Shown here piece after piece: positions 1 to 10,147 of a DNA stretch of 64,000 nt. Origin of the DNA: Nitrospirota bacterium (GTDB lineage Bacteria; Nitrospirota; Nitrospiria; Nitrospirales; Nitrospiraceae); contig CAVPGK010000010.1 of NCBI GenBank assembly GCA_963703955.1, forward strand, positions 64,001 through 128,000. The letters are read 5' to 3'. The position numbers and the translations under genes were made by a program. How positions within the stretch are numbered: position 1 is the stretch's first letter; each line of letters opens with the position of its first letter. The notes beneath the pieces are model-generated. The model ran no database searches, was not told the origin of the DNA, and worked only from the letters and a program-made list of their open reading frames with translations.

Positions 1-721
1 CGGCGCCGCCAAGCGGATCCACACCCAGCACGGGACCCGCCTCGCGGATGATCTCCATGTCGATCACATTCCGAAGGTCTTGAACGTAGGGCGGGATGAA
101 ATCTTCCTGCCGCGTGGTCGCAGCCTTGAACGCCTTCTCGAACGGCACGCGTTTGACGCCGGCGTTACCTTCCCGCAGTAATGCATTCGCACGATCCTGC
201 ATCCATTTCGTCACATCAGTATCGGCCGGTCCGCCGTTGGGCGGGTTGTACTTGATGCCCCCGTCCTCCGGCGGGTTATGCGAGGGCGTGACAACGATAC
301 CGTCCGCGGGATGCGCCTTGCGGCCCCGGTTGTAAACCAGGATGGCTCGTGAAATGACAGGCGTAGGCGTCACCTCGTCGTCCTGTTGGATGACGGTGTG
401 CACGTCGTTCGCCGCAAGGACTTCGAGCGCCGTGCGCTGAGCCGGTCCGGACAGCGCGTGCGTATCCTTGCCCATATAGAGCGGGCCGTCGGTGCCCTGA
501 CCGCGCCGGTAGTCGCAAATGGCCTGCGTAATGGCGAGAATGTGCGCCTCGTTGAACGAGCCGCGGAACGACGATCCGCGATGCCCGCTCGTGCCGAAGG
601 CGACCGACTGGTTGGGATCTCCCATATCCGGCTTGCGCGCGTAATAGTCCCCTTCGAGCTTGGCCAGATCCACCAACATCTCCTTCGGAGCCGGCTTGCC
701 TGCTAAGGGTGAAATCGCCAT
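1..721 (-). CDS. pgm: Phosphoglucomutase (alpha-D-glucose-1,6-bisphosphate dependent), 3' end outside window
   Basis: Not in the ORF track because it is open at the edge. Manual translation from ATG 721: MAISPLAGKPAPKEMLVDL...FGTSGHRGS...GKDTHALS...TPSHNPPEDGGIKYN, with the active-site Ser motif TPSHNP. Confidence 0.93.
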   Translation of the reverse strand, partial: MAISPLAGKPAPKEMLVDLAKLEGDYYARKPDMGDPNQSVAFGTSGHRGSSFRGSFNEAHILAITQAICDYRRGQGTDGPLYMGKDTHALSGPAQRTALEVLAANDVHTVIQQDDEVTPTPVISRAILVYNRGRKAHPADGIVVTPSHNPPEDGGIKYNPPNGGPADTDVTKWMQDRANALLREGNAGVKRVPFEKAFKAATTRQEDFIPPYVQDLRNVIDMEIIREAGPVLGVDPLGGA

Positions 722-758
722 GAGTTTCCTTCCTTCTCTGTGACAGATCGTCGTGGTG

Positions 759-954
759 TTACGGCCAGCGTTGTGACACGAGATCGCGAATCGACCGTGC
801 CACCGCTTCGAACTGTTGACGCAAGTCGGCCTTCTTGAGACCAACACATGGTCGAAGGTCAGATGTCGTCATACAGGGCATCGTTCGTGCCGGAGAACTG
901 GATGGGTCCGCATCCGTATCGTTCAAGAATTTCATTCAGATGGTCCTTTTGCAT
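759..954 (-). pseudogene. glgP: N-terminal remnant of a second glycogen phosphorylase
   Basis: RBS (AGGAGG) plus ATG 954 gives MQKDHLNEILERYGCGPIQFSGTNDALY. After frameshifts it reads RHLTFDHV and QQFEAVARSIRDLVSQRW-stop. This matches the N-terminus of glgP at 12619 (YGCGPVEFYGTDDALYERHLVFD...QFEALARSIRDVISQRW). Confidence 0.8.
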
Positions 955-1043
955 ACAACCTCCTGTAGACGGAACGCTCCTGCTCAGTTACTCGCCCGAT
1001 ACGTCCATACGAGGTTCAATCAGATTCATGGCGTATCTAGCCA

Positions 1044-3452
1044 TTAGACGTTGTCTCCCTCCGTCGTGGTCCTCCGCCTCGTTGCCGCTTTCACCTTACC
1101 CCATTGCCAGTCGGTGATCTCGGGCATGTCTTCGCCGTACGTGGCGATGTATTCTTTGTGTGCGAGGAGCTTGTCGCGAACTGCTTGCTTGGCATAGGCG
1201 GCGCGGGACCCGAGTTGCGGCAGCCGATCAATCACGTCGCCGAAGAGGTGGAACCGGTCGAGATCATTCATTACCACCATGTCGAACGGCGTGCTCGTTG
1301 TCCCTTCCTCCTTGTAGCCGCGCACGTGCAGGTTCTTGTGGTTTGTCCGCCGGTAGGTGAGCCGATGGATGAGCCAGGGGTAGCCGTGGAAGGCAAACAC
1401 GATCGGCTTGTCCTTGGTGAACAGCGCATCGAAGTCCAGATCGGACATGCCGTGCGGGTGCTCGCTCGGCGGCTGCAGTTTCATCAGGTCGACGACATTA
1501 ATGACACGGATCTTCACAGCGGGGAGATGCTGACCGAACAGATCCACGGCGGCCAGCGTCTCCAGAGTAGGCACGTCTCCGCAACAGGCCATGACGACAT
1601 CCGGCTCTCCCTCCTTGTCATTGCTGGCCCATTCCCAGATTCCGATACCCGCTGTGCAGTGTTTGATCGCCTCTTCCATCGTCAACCACTGCGGGGCCGG
1701 TTGCTTGCCCGCGACGATGACGTTCACATAATTGCGGCTGCGCAGACAGTGATCGGTGACCGACAACAGTGTGTTGGCATCCGGCGGCAGATAGACGCGC
1801 ACGACCTTCGCTTTCTTGTTCACGACGTGATCAATGAAGCCGGGGTCCTGGTGACTGAACCCGTTGTGATCCTGCCGCCAGACGTGTGAGGACAGGAGAT
1901 AATTGAGCGAGGCGATCGGCCGCCGCCAAGGAATATCGTGGCAGACTTTCAGCCACTTGGCGTGCTGATTGAACATCGAGTCGATGATGTGAATGAACGC
2001 CTCGTAGCAGGAAAAAAACCCGTGCCGGCCGCTTAAGAGATACCCTTCCAGCCACCCCTGGCACTGGTGCTCACTGAGCATTTCCATCACACGGCCGTCA
2101 GGAGCCAAATGGTCATCGTAGGGATAGCGATCCGCCATCCACGCGCGATTGGTAACCTCCATCGCATCTTGCCAGCGGTTTGAGTTGTTCTCGTCCGGAC
2201 TGAACAGACGGAAATTGCGGCTCTTCATGTTCAGCTTCATCGTGTCGGCCAGGAACTTTCCCATGTGGCGGGTGGATTCTGCCGAGATGGCTCCCGGGGT
2301 CGTGACCTTGACGGCATAGTCTCGGAAGTCCGGCAGACGCAGGTCCCTGAGCAGAAGGCCGCCGTTGGCGTGCGGATTGTTGCTCATACGGCGTTCGCCC
2401 TTCGGCGGCAGATCAGCGAGCTCGGGGATCAGCCGACCGGTTTTATCGAACAACTCTTCTGGCTTGTAGCCCTTCATCCATTTCTCGAGGATCTTCACAT
2501 GCTCGGGCTTTTCGTGCATTTCACCCATTGGCACCTGGTGGCTGCGCCAGTAGTCCTCGGTCCGTTTGCCGTCGATTTCCTTCGGGCAGGTCCACCCCTT
2601 CGGTGAACGGAGGATGATCATCGGCCAGCGCGGCCGCTCCTTCACACCCTTCGTCCGCGCCTGGGTCTGGATGCTGCGGATTTGCTCCATACAGGTGTCG
2701 ATGGTGGCAGCCATGAGCTGGTGCATCTTGACCGGATCGCTGCCCTCGACAAAATGGGGCGTGTAGCCGTAGCCGCGGAAGAGCTGATCCAATTCTTCGT
2801 GGCTGATACGAGCCAGCACGCAAGGATTGGCGATCTTGTACCCGTTCAGGTGCAGGATCGGCAGCACGGCTCCGTCGGTCGCCGGGTTGAGGAACTTGTT
2901 GGAGTGCCAGGAGGTCGCCAATGGTCCGGTTTCCGCCTCGCCGTCGCCGACGACGCAGGCGACGATCAGGTCGGGATTGTCATACGCAGCCCCGTAGGCG
3001 TGAGAGATCGCATACCCCAATTCGCCGCCTTCGTGTATTGAGCCGGGGGTCTCGGGGGCCACGTGGCTGGGAATGCCTCCGGGGAACGAGAACTGCTTGA
3101 ACAGCCGCTGCATGCCCTCTTCGTCCTGTGCGATGTTCGGATAGACCTCCGAGTAGGTGCCTTCCATGTAGGCATTGGCGACGATGCCTGGGCCGCCATG
3201 GCCCGGACCGATAATGTAGATCATGTTAAGGTCCCGTGCCTTGATCGCTCGATTCAGATGGGCATAAATGAAATTCAGGCCCGGGGTGGTGCCCCAGTGA
3301 CCCAGCAGCCTCGCCTTCACATGTTCCTTACTCAGCGGCTTCTTCAGCAGCGGGTTATCGTACAGATAAATCTGCCCCACCGACAGATAGTTCGCCGCCC
3401 TCCAGTAGGCGTCGATCAATTTCAGTTCCTTCTGCGATAACGGATTTTCCAT
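1044..3452 (-). CDS. xfp: Xylulose-5-phosphate/fructose-6-phosphate phosphoketolase
   Basis: Intact 802 aa ORF with [24 protein letters not shown] and [13 protein letters not shown] motifs. Confidence 0.97.
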   Translation of the reverse strand: MENPLSQKELKLIDAYWRAANYLSVGQIYLYDNPLLKKPLSKEHVKARLLGHWGTTPGLNFIYAHLNRAIKARDLNMIYIIGPGHGGPGIVANAYMEGTYSEVYPNIAQDEEGMQRLFKQFSFPGGIPSHVAPETPGSIHEGGELGYAISHAYGAAYDNPDLIVACVVGDGEAETGPLATSWHSNKFLNPATDGAVLPILHLNGYKIANPCVLARISHEELDQLFRGYGYTPHFVEGSDPVKMHQLMAATIDTCMEQIRSIQTQARTKGVKERPRWPMIILRSPKGWTCPKEIDGKRTEDYWRSHQVPMGEMHEKPEHVKILEKWMKGYKPEELFDKTGRLIPELADLPPKGERRMSNNPHANGGLLLRDLRLPDFRDYAVKVTTPGAISAESTRHMGKFLADTMKLNMKSRNFRLFSPDENNSNRWQDAMEVTNRAWMADRYPYDDHLAPDGRVMEMLSEHQCQGWLEGYLLSGRHGFFSCYEAFIHIIDSMFNQHAKWLKVCHDIPWRRPIASLNYLLSSHVWRQDHNGFSHQDPGFIDHVVNKKAKVVRVYLPPDANTLLSVTDHCLRSRNYVNVIVAGKQPAPQWLTMEEAIKHCTAGIGIWEWASNDKEGEPDVVMACCGDVPTLETLAAVDLFGQHLPAVKIRVINVVDLMKLQPPSEHPHGMSDLDFDALFTKDKPIVFAFHGYPWLIHRLTYRRTNHKNLHVRGYKEEGTTSTPFDMVVMNDLDRFHLFGDVIDRLPQLGSRAAYAKQAVRDKLLAHKEYIATYGEDMPEITDWQWGKVKAATRRRTTTEGDNV

Positions 3453-3491
3453 GACCTCTCCTTTCCCTCTGTTATAGTCGGCTCTGTCGAC

Positions 3492-4718
3492 TTATGGATC
3501 TACGCCTCGCACACACCGAACCGTCTCCCTGGCAATCCAGGTTTCTTCGTCCGCCGCGACCACGTAGGCCCCCAACCGCGATCCATCCACACTGATTTTT
3601 GCCGCGCGACCCGGCGCAAGCCCAATCGCCGCTCGATCGAGGTCACGGCTGAGTTCCAGGCCGCACCATTCCATGTTCTGGCAAATCCGCTCACGAATCT
3701 CCGGCGCGTTTTCTCCGATCCCGCCTCCGAAGACGACGGCATCTGCGCCATCCAAGACGGCAAGGTAGGCGCCGAGATACTTTCGCGCCCGATAGCAGAA
3801 CAGATCAATGGCGAACTCCGCCCGTTTGTCCTGCTCCTGCTCGGCCGCGCGGAGCAACTCCCGCATATCGTTTGACCGCCCGGACAGTCCGAGGAGGCCC
3901 GACCGCTCGTTGAGCCACCGCTCGACTTCAGCTGCTTCGACCTTCTCCCGATCGGACAAGTAGCCGACAATGGAAGCATCCACATCGCCCGAGCGTGTCC
4001 CCATCACCAATCCCTCCAGCGGAGTGAACCCCATCGAGGTTTCGACCGACCGGCCTTGTGCGATCGCGGCGACGGAGCAGCCATTGCCCAACTGTAGGGT
4101 GATCAGACGCATCTGCTCAAGCGGATTCCCCGTATAGGCCGCGTACCCGTTCGCGAGCGAGGCATGCGCAATCCCGTGAAAACCATAGCGGCGAATCCGA
4201 TGCCGCTCTGCCAGGTCAACAGGGAGTGCATACTGCTTGGCGACATGCGGCATGGTTTGGTGAAAGGCCGTATCAAAGACGGCGACCATTGGTAACGCCG
4301 GACCAAACGCCGCGCGCGCTCCGCGAATTCCCGCGAGACACGAAGGATTATGCAGCGGAGCCAGTTCCGACAGCGCATCGATTCCGGCCTCAACCTGCTC
4401 AGTAATCATTGTGGACTTCACGTACTGATCTCCTCCGTGCACCACCCGATGCCCGACCGCTTCGATCTCGCCCAGAGAACCGGCCAGGCGATCGAGCAGA
4501 ACCCGCAACGCATGCGCATGGTCCCGAATCTCCAAGGTCGTCGTCGAACGGCCTACAGTCTGTCCCATCACCTCGAAGGTTGCGACCCCCCCGATGCCTT
4601 TCACGGCGGCTTGGAGCAATACCGGTTGAGTTGTCAGTATTCCTCTCGGCTCCTCAACGACGTGAACAAGCCGAAATTTGATTGACGAGCTCCCGCTGTT
4701 GATCACCAGAACCTGCAT
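3492..4718 (-). CDS. ackA: Acetate kinase
   Basis: 408 aa; INSGSSSIKF, GHRVVHGG, RRYGFHG, ETSMGFTPLEG and FGGGIGEN motifs. Confidence 0.95.
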   Translation of the reverse strand: MQVLVINSGSSSIKFRLVHVVEEPRGILTTQPVLLQAAVKGIGGVATFEVMGQTVGRSTTTLEIRDHAHALRVLLDRLAGSLGEIEAVGHRVVHGGDQYVKSTMITEQVEAGIDALSELAPLHNPSCLAGIRGARAAFGPALPMVAVFDTAFHQTMPHVAKQYALPVDLAERHRIRRYGFHGIAHASLANGYAAYTGNPLEQMRLITLQLGNGCSVAAIAQGRSVETSMGFTPLEGLVMGTRSGDVDASIVGYLSDREKVEAAEVERWLNERSGLLGLSGRSNDMRELLRAAEQEQDKRAEFAIDLFCYRARKYLGAYLAVLDGADAVVFGGGIGENAPEIRERICQNMEWCGLELSRDLDRAAIGLAPGRAAKISVDGSRLGAYVVAADEETWIARETVRCVRGVDP

Positions 4719-4755
4719 GTCAACGCTGAAGCCTCAGAGCATAGGGAGGGTGTCG

Positions 4756-5823
4756 TCAGTCATCGTGCCAGTCCGAGCGATGCGCCGGCTCACTCGCACC
4801 GGACGGCTCGCGCTCCAGCTTGTCGGTATAGCGGCCCAATGCCGCCTCGCTGTTGCACTTGGCCCGATGATGGAAGGCCTGTTGGCCCGCCTTCAAGTTT
4901 TCCTTTTGTCCGTGCCAGGCCTCCAGCGCCACGTCCTGCAGGGCGCGACCGTATGAAAAACTGATCGACCAGGGTTTCGGTCCGCTCAGGCGATTGATGG
5001 CATCGAGATGCGCGGTCGCCGTCACGCTCGGCTGTCCGCCGGACAAGAACACGATGCCGGGAACAGCCGCCGGCACATGCCGGAGCAAGCAGCGCAACGT
5101 AGCCGTTGCGACCTCCTGCACGGAGGCCTGCTTGGGACAAACTTTTCCGGCGATCACCATGCTGGGTTTTAGGAGCATGCCTTCCAGCCGGACGCACTGT
5201 TCGAAGAGCGCGTCGAAGACCGTATGGAGCACTGAACTCGTGACCTCCTCGCAGCGTTCGATGGTATGAGCCCCGTCCATCAGAACCTCTGGCTCCACGA
5301 TCGGCACGATGCCTTGCTCCTGGCACAGGGCAGCATACCGAGCCAGCGCATGGGCGTTGACGTTCACACACATTGAGCGGGGTAGTGCGTCGGTGATGCG
5401 AATGACCGCCCGCCACTTGGCGAATCGCGCGCCCATGGCCGCGTATTCCTTCAGGCGGTCCCGGAGCCCATCGAGCCCTTCGGTCATTTTTTCCTCCGGT
5501 GAACCGGCAAGCACCTTTGCGCCGGTATCCACTTTGATCCCCGGAATGATCCCTTGCTTGGACAACCCCTCGGCCAACGATATACCCGCGGCGTTCTTCT
5601 GGCGGATGGTCTCGTCATACATGATGACGCCGCTGATAAAAGCGGCAGCTCCCGGCGTCGTAAAAAGCATTTCGCGATAGGAACGGCGGCTGTCCTCGGT
5701 GGAGGCAATCTTCAGAGCGTCGAATCGCTTGGTCAGGGTCGGCACCGTTTCGTCGGCAGCCAGAATGCCCTTTCCTGCGACAACCAGAGCCTTTGCCGTC
5801 TTTTCCAGTTCCTGTCGTCCCAT
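4756..5823 (-). CDS. fba: Class I fructose-bisphosphate aldolase (eukaryote-like Glycolytic family)
   Basis: 355 aa; GKGILAADE, FAKWRAV, VPIVEPEV, LLKPSMV and SFSYGRAL motifs. Confidence 0.95.
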   Translation of the reverse strand: MGRQELEKTAKALVVAGKGILAADETVPTLTKRFDALKIASTEDSRRSYREMLFTTPGAAAFISGVIMYDETIRQKNAAGISLAEGLSKQGIIPGIKVDTGAKVLAGSPEEKMTEGLDGLRDRLKEYAAMGARFAKWRAVIRITDALPRSMCVNVNAHALARYAALCQEQGIVPIVEPEVLMDGAHTIERCEEVTSSVLHTVFDALFEQCVRLEGMLLKPSMVIAGKVCPKQASVQEVATATLRCLLRHVPAAVPGIVFLSGGQPSVTATAHLDAINRLSGPKPWSISFSYGRALQDVALEAWHGQKENLKAGQQAFHHRAKCNSEAALGRYTDKLEREPSGASEPAHRSDWHDD

Positions 5824-5958
5824 TGTGGGTGGCCTCCTCTGAAATAGGATTGTGGGCTCCCGAGACCGTTAGTAGCTCACCTTGGCGCCAATGGACGGAA
5901 CAGGCACACCGTGCCGCAAAACCACACAGCCCTCCATCCTCTGCGCGAGCCGTGCTTC

Positions 5959-6375
5959 CTACTTGAGGCGGCTCATCTCCAGGTAATGGTGATGGCCGTT
6001 AGTCAGGGCCGCTTGGATCACCAGCAACGGCACGCCAGCCTTAGTATGAAGCGTCAGCATCGCAATCCCCTGTTTCCCGTTCGCAACCACCGTCCCGTCG
6101 ACTATGGTTAGGATCCCGGTCCCCAATAACACTTCTTCGCCGCGATTGCTGATGAAATTGAACCGCCCTTCTTCTCTGATGATCAACATGACATAGGCGT
6201 CGTTCCGCATCTCCGGCACCGTCTGGCTGACACCTTGCCAGTCCCCCGCAATCGTAGCGAAGGAGGAGACGGGAAGGGTCTTGAGATCAGACACCGGTTG
6301 CCGCATTGCACAACCGAGGCCCGCTGACCACAAGCAGGCCAGAGCGAAAAGCTTCCAGTTCGTGAGCCGATTCAT
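5959..6375 (-). CDS. Hypothetical lipoprotein
   Basis: 138 aa; hydrophobic signal ending in GLGC (lipobox-like), followed by a beta-rich body. Confidence 0.65.
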   Translation of the reverse strand: MNRLTNWKLFALACLWSAGLGCAMRQPVSDLKTLPVSSFATIAGDWQGVSQTVPEMRNDAYVMLIIREEGRFNFISNRGEEVLLGTGILTIVDGTVVANGKQGIAMLTLHTKAGVPLLVIQAALTNGHHHYLEMSRLK

Positions 6376-6462
6376 TTTGTTCCCCTGGCTACAAGACGCT
6401 GCTTATCGAAGCTCAAACCATGTCCTCCCGCTCTTTTCTTGGCCGCATGGACGCCTCAGGTC

Positions 6463-7722
6463 TCAAATGACCCCATAGGCCTTTAAGTGCCTCGCGGTGC
6501 TTCTGATGAAGACTGTGAAGACGGTAATGACGGGAATCGCAAGGATAGCACCGACAAGACCAAACATCAGCGTGCCGCCCACGAACCCGATGATGATCAC
6601 GAGAGGATGAAGCTGTACCGCCCCACCGAGCACGAGCGGTTCATAGACCGCGTTCTTCGTGAGCTCGGCCAGTGCCACGACCACAATGACCCAGATCGCG
6701 AAGCTCTCCGTCTCCACGATCGGCAATACGGGATGGAACTCCTCCCCGAAGAAAGCATAAGCGAGCCCCGCCAGTAAGGCGACCATGGATCCCAGGTAGG
6801 GGACCACGTTGGTCACCGCCGCTAATACACCGATGGCAAACGCCCAGCGGAGGGGCACGCCGATGAGGGCAAGGAACAGCATAATGGTGAGGCCGAGCAA
6901 GGAGCACGACAAGGAGACCCCCCGCAAGTAATCGCCCACCGCACGGTCCAAATCCGCCAGAATGTCGAGCACCGGCTCGAAGAGCCTATTCGGGACAAGT
7001 GTGAGAAGACCACGCTTGATCTCGCCCGTATCGCGGAGCAGAAAGAAGAACACCAGAGGCGCGATGAGCCAGGTGGAGAGCAGATCACCAAGCACCGTAA
7101 GAGGCGATCGCACAAACTTGGTCCACCCTTGGCCGAAAGCCTGGTCTGCGCCGCCCCCCGTGCCGGGAGCGGTGGACAGTGTCCGGCCCCGCGCCGTGCG
7201 TGTCAACAGATTGGCACGGTATTCACTGAGCAATTGGTCTGAGCCTGGCCCGACCAACGGTCCCGCATGGGTCGCAATAAACTCAGCCTGCTCTTCCGGC
7301 GACAGAGCGAGCACCTCGTTGACGTGATCCATGAGCGGATCGACGTCCCTGTGCACGAGTCGGTAGGGGCGGTTTCCGGTCGTCGGCGACTGATCGAGGC
7401 CCATCAACGCCTTGTAACGCTCGTTGGCGCCATAGAGCGCGTGGACTTTCATCTCGATGAGTTTGTGTTCCGTGGGAACGACCGCCTGTACGCCGACAAT
7501 GATGACCAGGCACGCCAAATTGAAGCCGGCCAGCAGAAGCCCAATTGCCAGGCCACGCCCCACATGATGACGCTCCAGACCAGTCACGAGAGGACGACAG
7601 ACGTACGCCAGCAGGCCGCTCACCGTAAGGGGGAGAATCAAACTCCGCAGCTCCCAGGTGAGATAGGCGGCGAGCACTATGCCCGCCGCGACGATAACCG
7701 GTTTCCATAAAACGTCGCTCAC
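6463..7722 (-). CDS. AI-2E family transporter
   Basis: 419 aa, multi-TM; VPYLGS, EPLVLGGAVQLHPL and GLVGAILAIP motifs; start overlaps the upstream stop. Confidence 0.88.
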   Translation of the reverse strand: MSDVLWKPVIVAAGIVLAAYLTWELRSLILPLTVSGLLAYVCRPLVTGLERHHVGRGLAIGLLLAGFNLACLVIIVGVQAVVPTEHKLIEMKVHALYGANERYKALMGLDQSPTTGNRPYRLVHRDVDPLMDHVNEVLALSPEEQAEFIATHAGPLVGPGSDQLLSEYRANLLTRTARGRTLSTAPGTGGGADQAFGQGWTKFVRSPLTVLGDLLSTWLIAPLVFFFLLRDTGEIKRGLLTLVPNRLFEPVLDILADLDRAVGDYLRGVSLSCSLLGLTIMLFLALIGVPLRWAFAIGVLAAVTNVVPYLGSMVALLAGLAYAFFGEEFHPVLPIVETESFAIWVIVVVALAELTKNAVYEPLVLGGAVQLHPLVIIIGFVGGTLMFGLVGAILAIPVITVFTVFIRSTARHLKAYGVI

Positions 7723-8318
7723 TCCGAGTCCTTTTGCTCGCTGGTCAGCTCCTCGACGAGCATTTGAAATTTCAGGGCGGTGATCTGGGCCACCTTCGCA
7801 AGAAGCTTGTTGGCCAGGAGTGGAAAGTTGTGGCTGAGTGTCTCCAGGTCAGAACGTCCAAGTGCAACTATGGAGACTGGGCCACGAGCCCGCGCGGAAT
7901 ACCAATGCACGGCTTCGGCTGCCATGAGGACGGATTCATCTAATGAGGCAGGCGGCTGCAGGATAGCCAGATGCACTTCCCTGCCATCATGGCTTCGCCT
8001 CAGGATCTCAACGGTACCGGTGCGGATGACAAATATGGCTGCGCCGGGTTTCCCTTGCTCGAAGATGTACTCGCCATCCCGGTAGCTTCGTTCATGCACG
8101 TGCCGGGCGAGCCGCCTGAGATCCCCAACTCCGAGGTCCTCGAAGAGCTGGACCCGTTTCAGGAAGTCCTCGAGACCCTGGCCGCTCTCCTTGGTCGAGG
8201 TTCTCGGAAGAAACCCGAACAGCGCGCGTGTTGGGCCTCCGGTCCCCATCACGTCCAAGCCTTTTACCGGAAACAAGAGCTTTTTGATACCGATCAGTTT
8301 GAATTTTGTCTGCGTCAT
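7719..8318 (-). CDS. Cyclic nucleotide-binding domain protein (no HTH)
   Basis: LFEDL...ERSYRDGEYIFEQGKPGAAIFVIRTGTVEI, a Crp-like effector beta-roll. Confidence 0.85.
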   Translation of the reverse strand: MTQTKFKLIGIKKLLFPVKGLDVMGTGGPTRALFGFLPRTSTKESGQGLEDFLKRVQLFEDLGVGDLRRLARHVHERSYRDGEYIFEQGKPGAAIFVIRTGTVEILRRSHDGREVHLAILQPPASLDESVLMAAEAVHWYSARARGPVSIVALGRSDLETLSHNFPLLANKLLAKVAQITALKFQMLVEELTSEQKDSE

Positions 8319-8444
8319 GTTACGTCACTGACGTGCGTCATTTGGTTGTTCGTGGGCTACCGACGAGACGCCGCTTAGGCACGGCCTCCGAGACGCGCCT
8401 AGCTTACAACTTCTCGGGCGCCGTCGCCAGCCAGGATGTCGACG

Positions 8445-9282
8445 TCATGCAATCGTAATGTCATTACAGAGATAGACGTCCTGCACCGCCTTCAGCAATG
8501 CCACGCCCTCTTTCATCGGACGCTGGAACGCCTTGCGCCCGGAAATCAGTCCCATCCCGCCCGCCCGCTTGTTGATCACCGCCGGTCCGGCCCATGTAGC
8601 AATTGGCCACCTGATACCGGCACAGATCGATCGGGTGCTCGGAAACGAGGTCGGTATAGATCCGCTCATCGAATTTGCCGTACCCGGAGGTGCCCATGTT
8701 CAGCGCGCGATAGCCGCCATTATTCTCCGGCAGCTTTTGCTTGATGATGTCCGCCTCGATCGTCACGCCGAGATGATTGGCCTGGCCAGTCAGATCCGCG
8801 GACACGTGGTAGTCCGAGTCTTTGAACGCACTGTTGCGGAGATAGCACCAGAGCACGGTGGCCAGCCCCGCGTCGTGGGCCTGGGCGAGCATCTGACTGA
8901 TCTCCACGATCTGCCGCGTGGCTTCCTGTGAGCCAAAATAGATGGTCGCCCCCACGGCGACAGCGCCCATGTCAACGGCTTGTTTCACCGTGCCAAAGGG
9001 AACCTGGTCGAATTTGTTGGGATAGGTCAGCAGCTCGTTATGGTTGATCTTCACGATGAACGGAATCCTGTGCGCGTACCTTCTGGACACGATGCCGAGC
9101 ACACCGAACGTCGAGGCCCAGATGGGCTCTTGCGGATCGAAACGCAGAAATCGTTGCCACAGACAGTATGCGACCGGCGCCAGAGCCATCGGCGTTCCCG
9201 GATGGCCCGAGTTCGCCTGTTGGATGGCATCCATGGACTAGGTACGGATCGTGGTGATACAGAGCTGGTCTTTGTCCATCAT
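8445..9282 (-). pseudogene. Chimeric remnant: transketolase N-terminus fused to DhnA-type class I aldolase (FbaB) C-terminus
   Basis: [28 protein letters not shown]...DPQEPIW (tkt, in-frame TAG at 9238-9240) joins at about 9117 to ASTFGVLG...[11 protein letters not shown]...ADIIKQKLP...(internal deletion at about 8585)...[21 protein letters not shown] (FbaB). Confidence 0.88.
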
Positions 9283-9305
9283 CTGCGACTGCTCCTCACG
9301 GCCGT

Positions 9306-10115
9306 TCAGTACTTCTCCCGGACGAATGTTCGCCCTACCAACGACGCTTGATCGTCGTATTTCTGTTTCTTCGATCGCTTGGGCATCTGCACTTTGTCGC
9401 GCCGGATCTTCCTGTAGGGGACGAGCTGGAGCAGATGGGAGATAGAGTTGAGGCGCGCCCGTTTCTTGTCGTCCGACCGGACGATGTACCAGGGCGCGTG
9501 CTTGGTGTCCGTGGCCTCCAGCATCAGGTCGCGCGCGCGCGAGTACTCGTACCACTTTTCCCGTGATGGCAGATCCATAGGACTGAGCTTCCACTGGCGA
9601 AGGGGATCGTCGATGCGGGCCTCGAACCGTCGCTCCTGTTCCTCGTTGCTCACCTCGAGCCAGTACTTGATCAGCATGATTCCACTTTCCACGACATGCT
9701 TTTCGAACAGCGGACAGAGCTCGAGGAAACGGTCGCGCTGCTCCTTGGTGCAAATGCCCATGACGTACTCGACCCCGGCACGGTTATACCAACTCCGGTC
9801 GAAGATCACGATCTCGCTGGCCGCCGGGAAATGTTGGAGATAGCGCTGGGCATGCAGCTGAGTCTTCTCGCGGTCTGTGGGCGCCGGGAGCGCCACGACA
9901 CGGAAAACCCGGGGGCTGACGCGCTCGGTGATGGCGCGAATGGTGCCTCCCTTTCCGGCGCCGTCGCGTCCCTCGAACACCACGATGATCCGGAGGCCTT
10001 TCTGTTTGACCCAGTCCTGCAGGAGGCACAGCTCAGCCTGAAGCCGGCGCAGCTCATTCTCGTAGGCCTTGCGTTTTAGCTTGGGCTTTACGTCGTCTTG
10101 GTTGTCTTTGGCCAT
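9306..10115 (-). CDS. ppk2: Polyphosphate kinase 2 (single-domain), copy A
   Basis: [11 protein letters not shown]alker [10 protein letters not shown] and WKLSPMD motifs. Start placed at ATG 10115 by comparison with copy B. Confidence 0.95.
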   Translation of the reverse strand: MAKDNQDDVKPKLKRKAYENELRRLQAELCLLQDWVKQKGLRIIVVFEGRDGAGKGGTIRAITERVSPRVFRVVALPAPTDREKTQLHAQRYLQHFPAASEIVIFDRSWYNRAGVEYVMGICTKEQRDRFLELCPLFEKHVVESGIMLIKYWLEVSNEEQERRFEARIDDPLRQWKLSPMDLPSREKWYEYSRARDLMLEATDTKHAPWYIVRSDDKKRARLNSISHLLQLVPYRKIRRDKVQMPKRSKKQKYDDQASLVGRTFVREKY

Positions 10116-10147
10116 CGTTCTACTCGTCAGGTCGTCACGCCACTGTT

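Noticed and set aside
9238..9240. In-frame TAG in the tkt fragment as pyrrolysine or readthrough
   Set aside because: It aligns to Leu in the paralog and sits in an already truncated chimera; a simple nonsense mutation is more likely.
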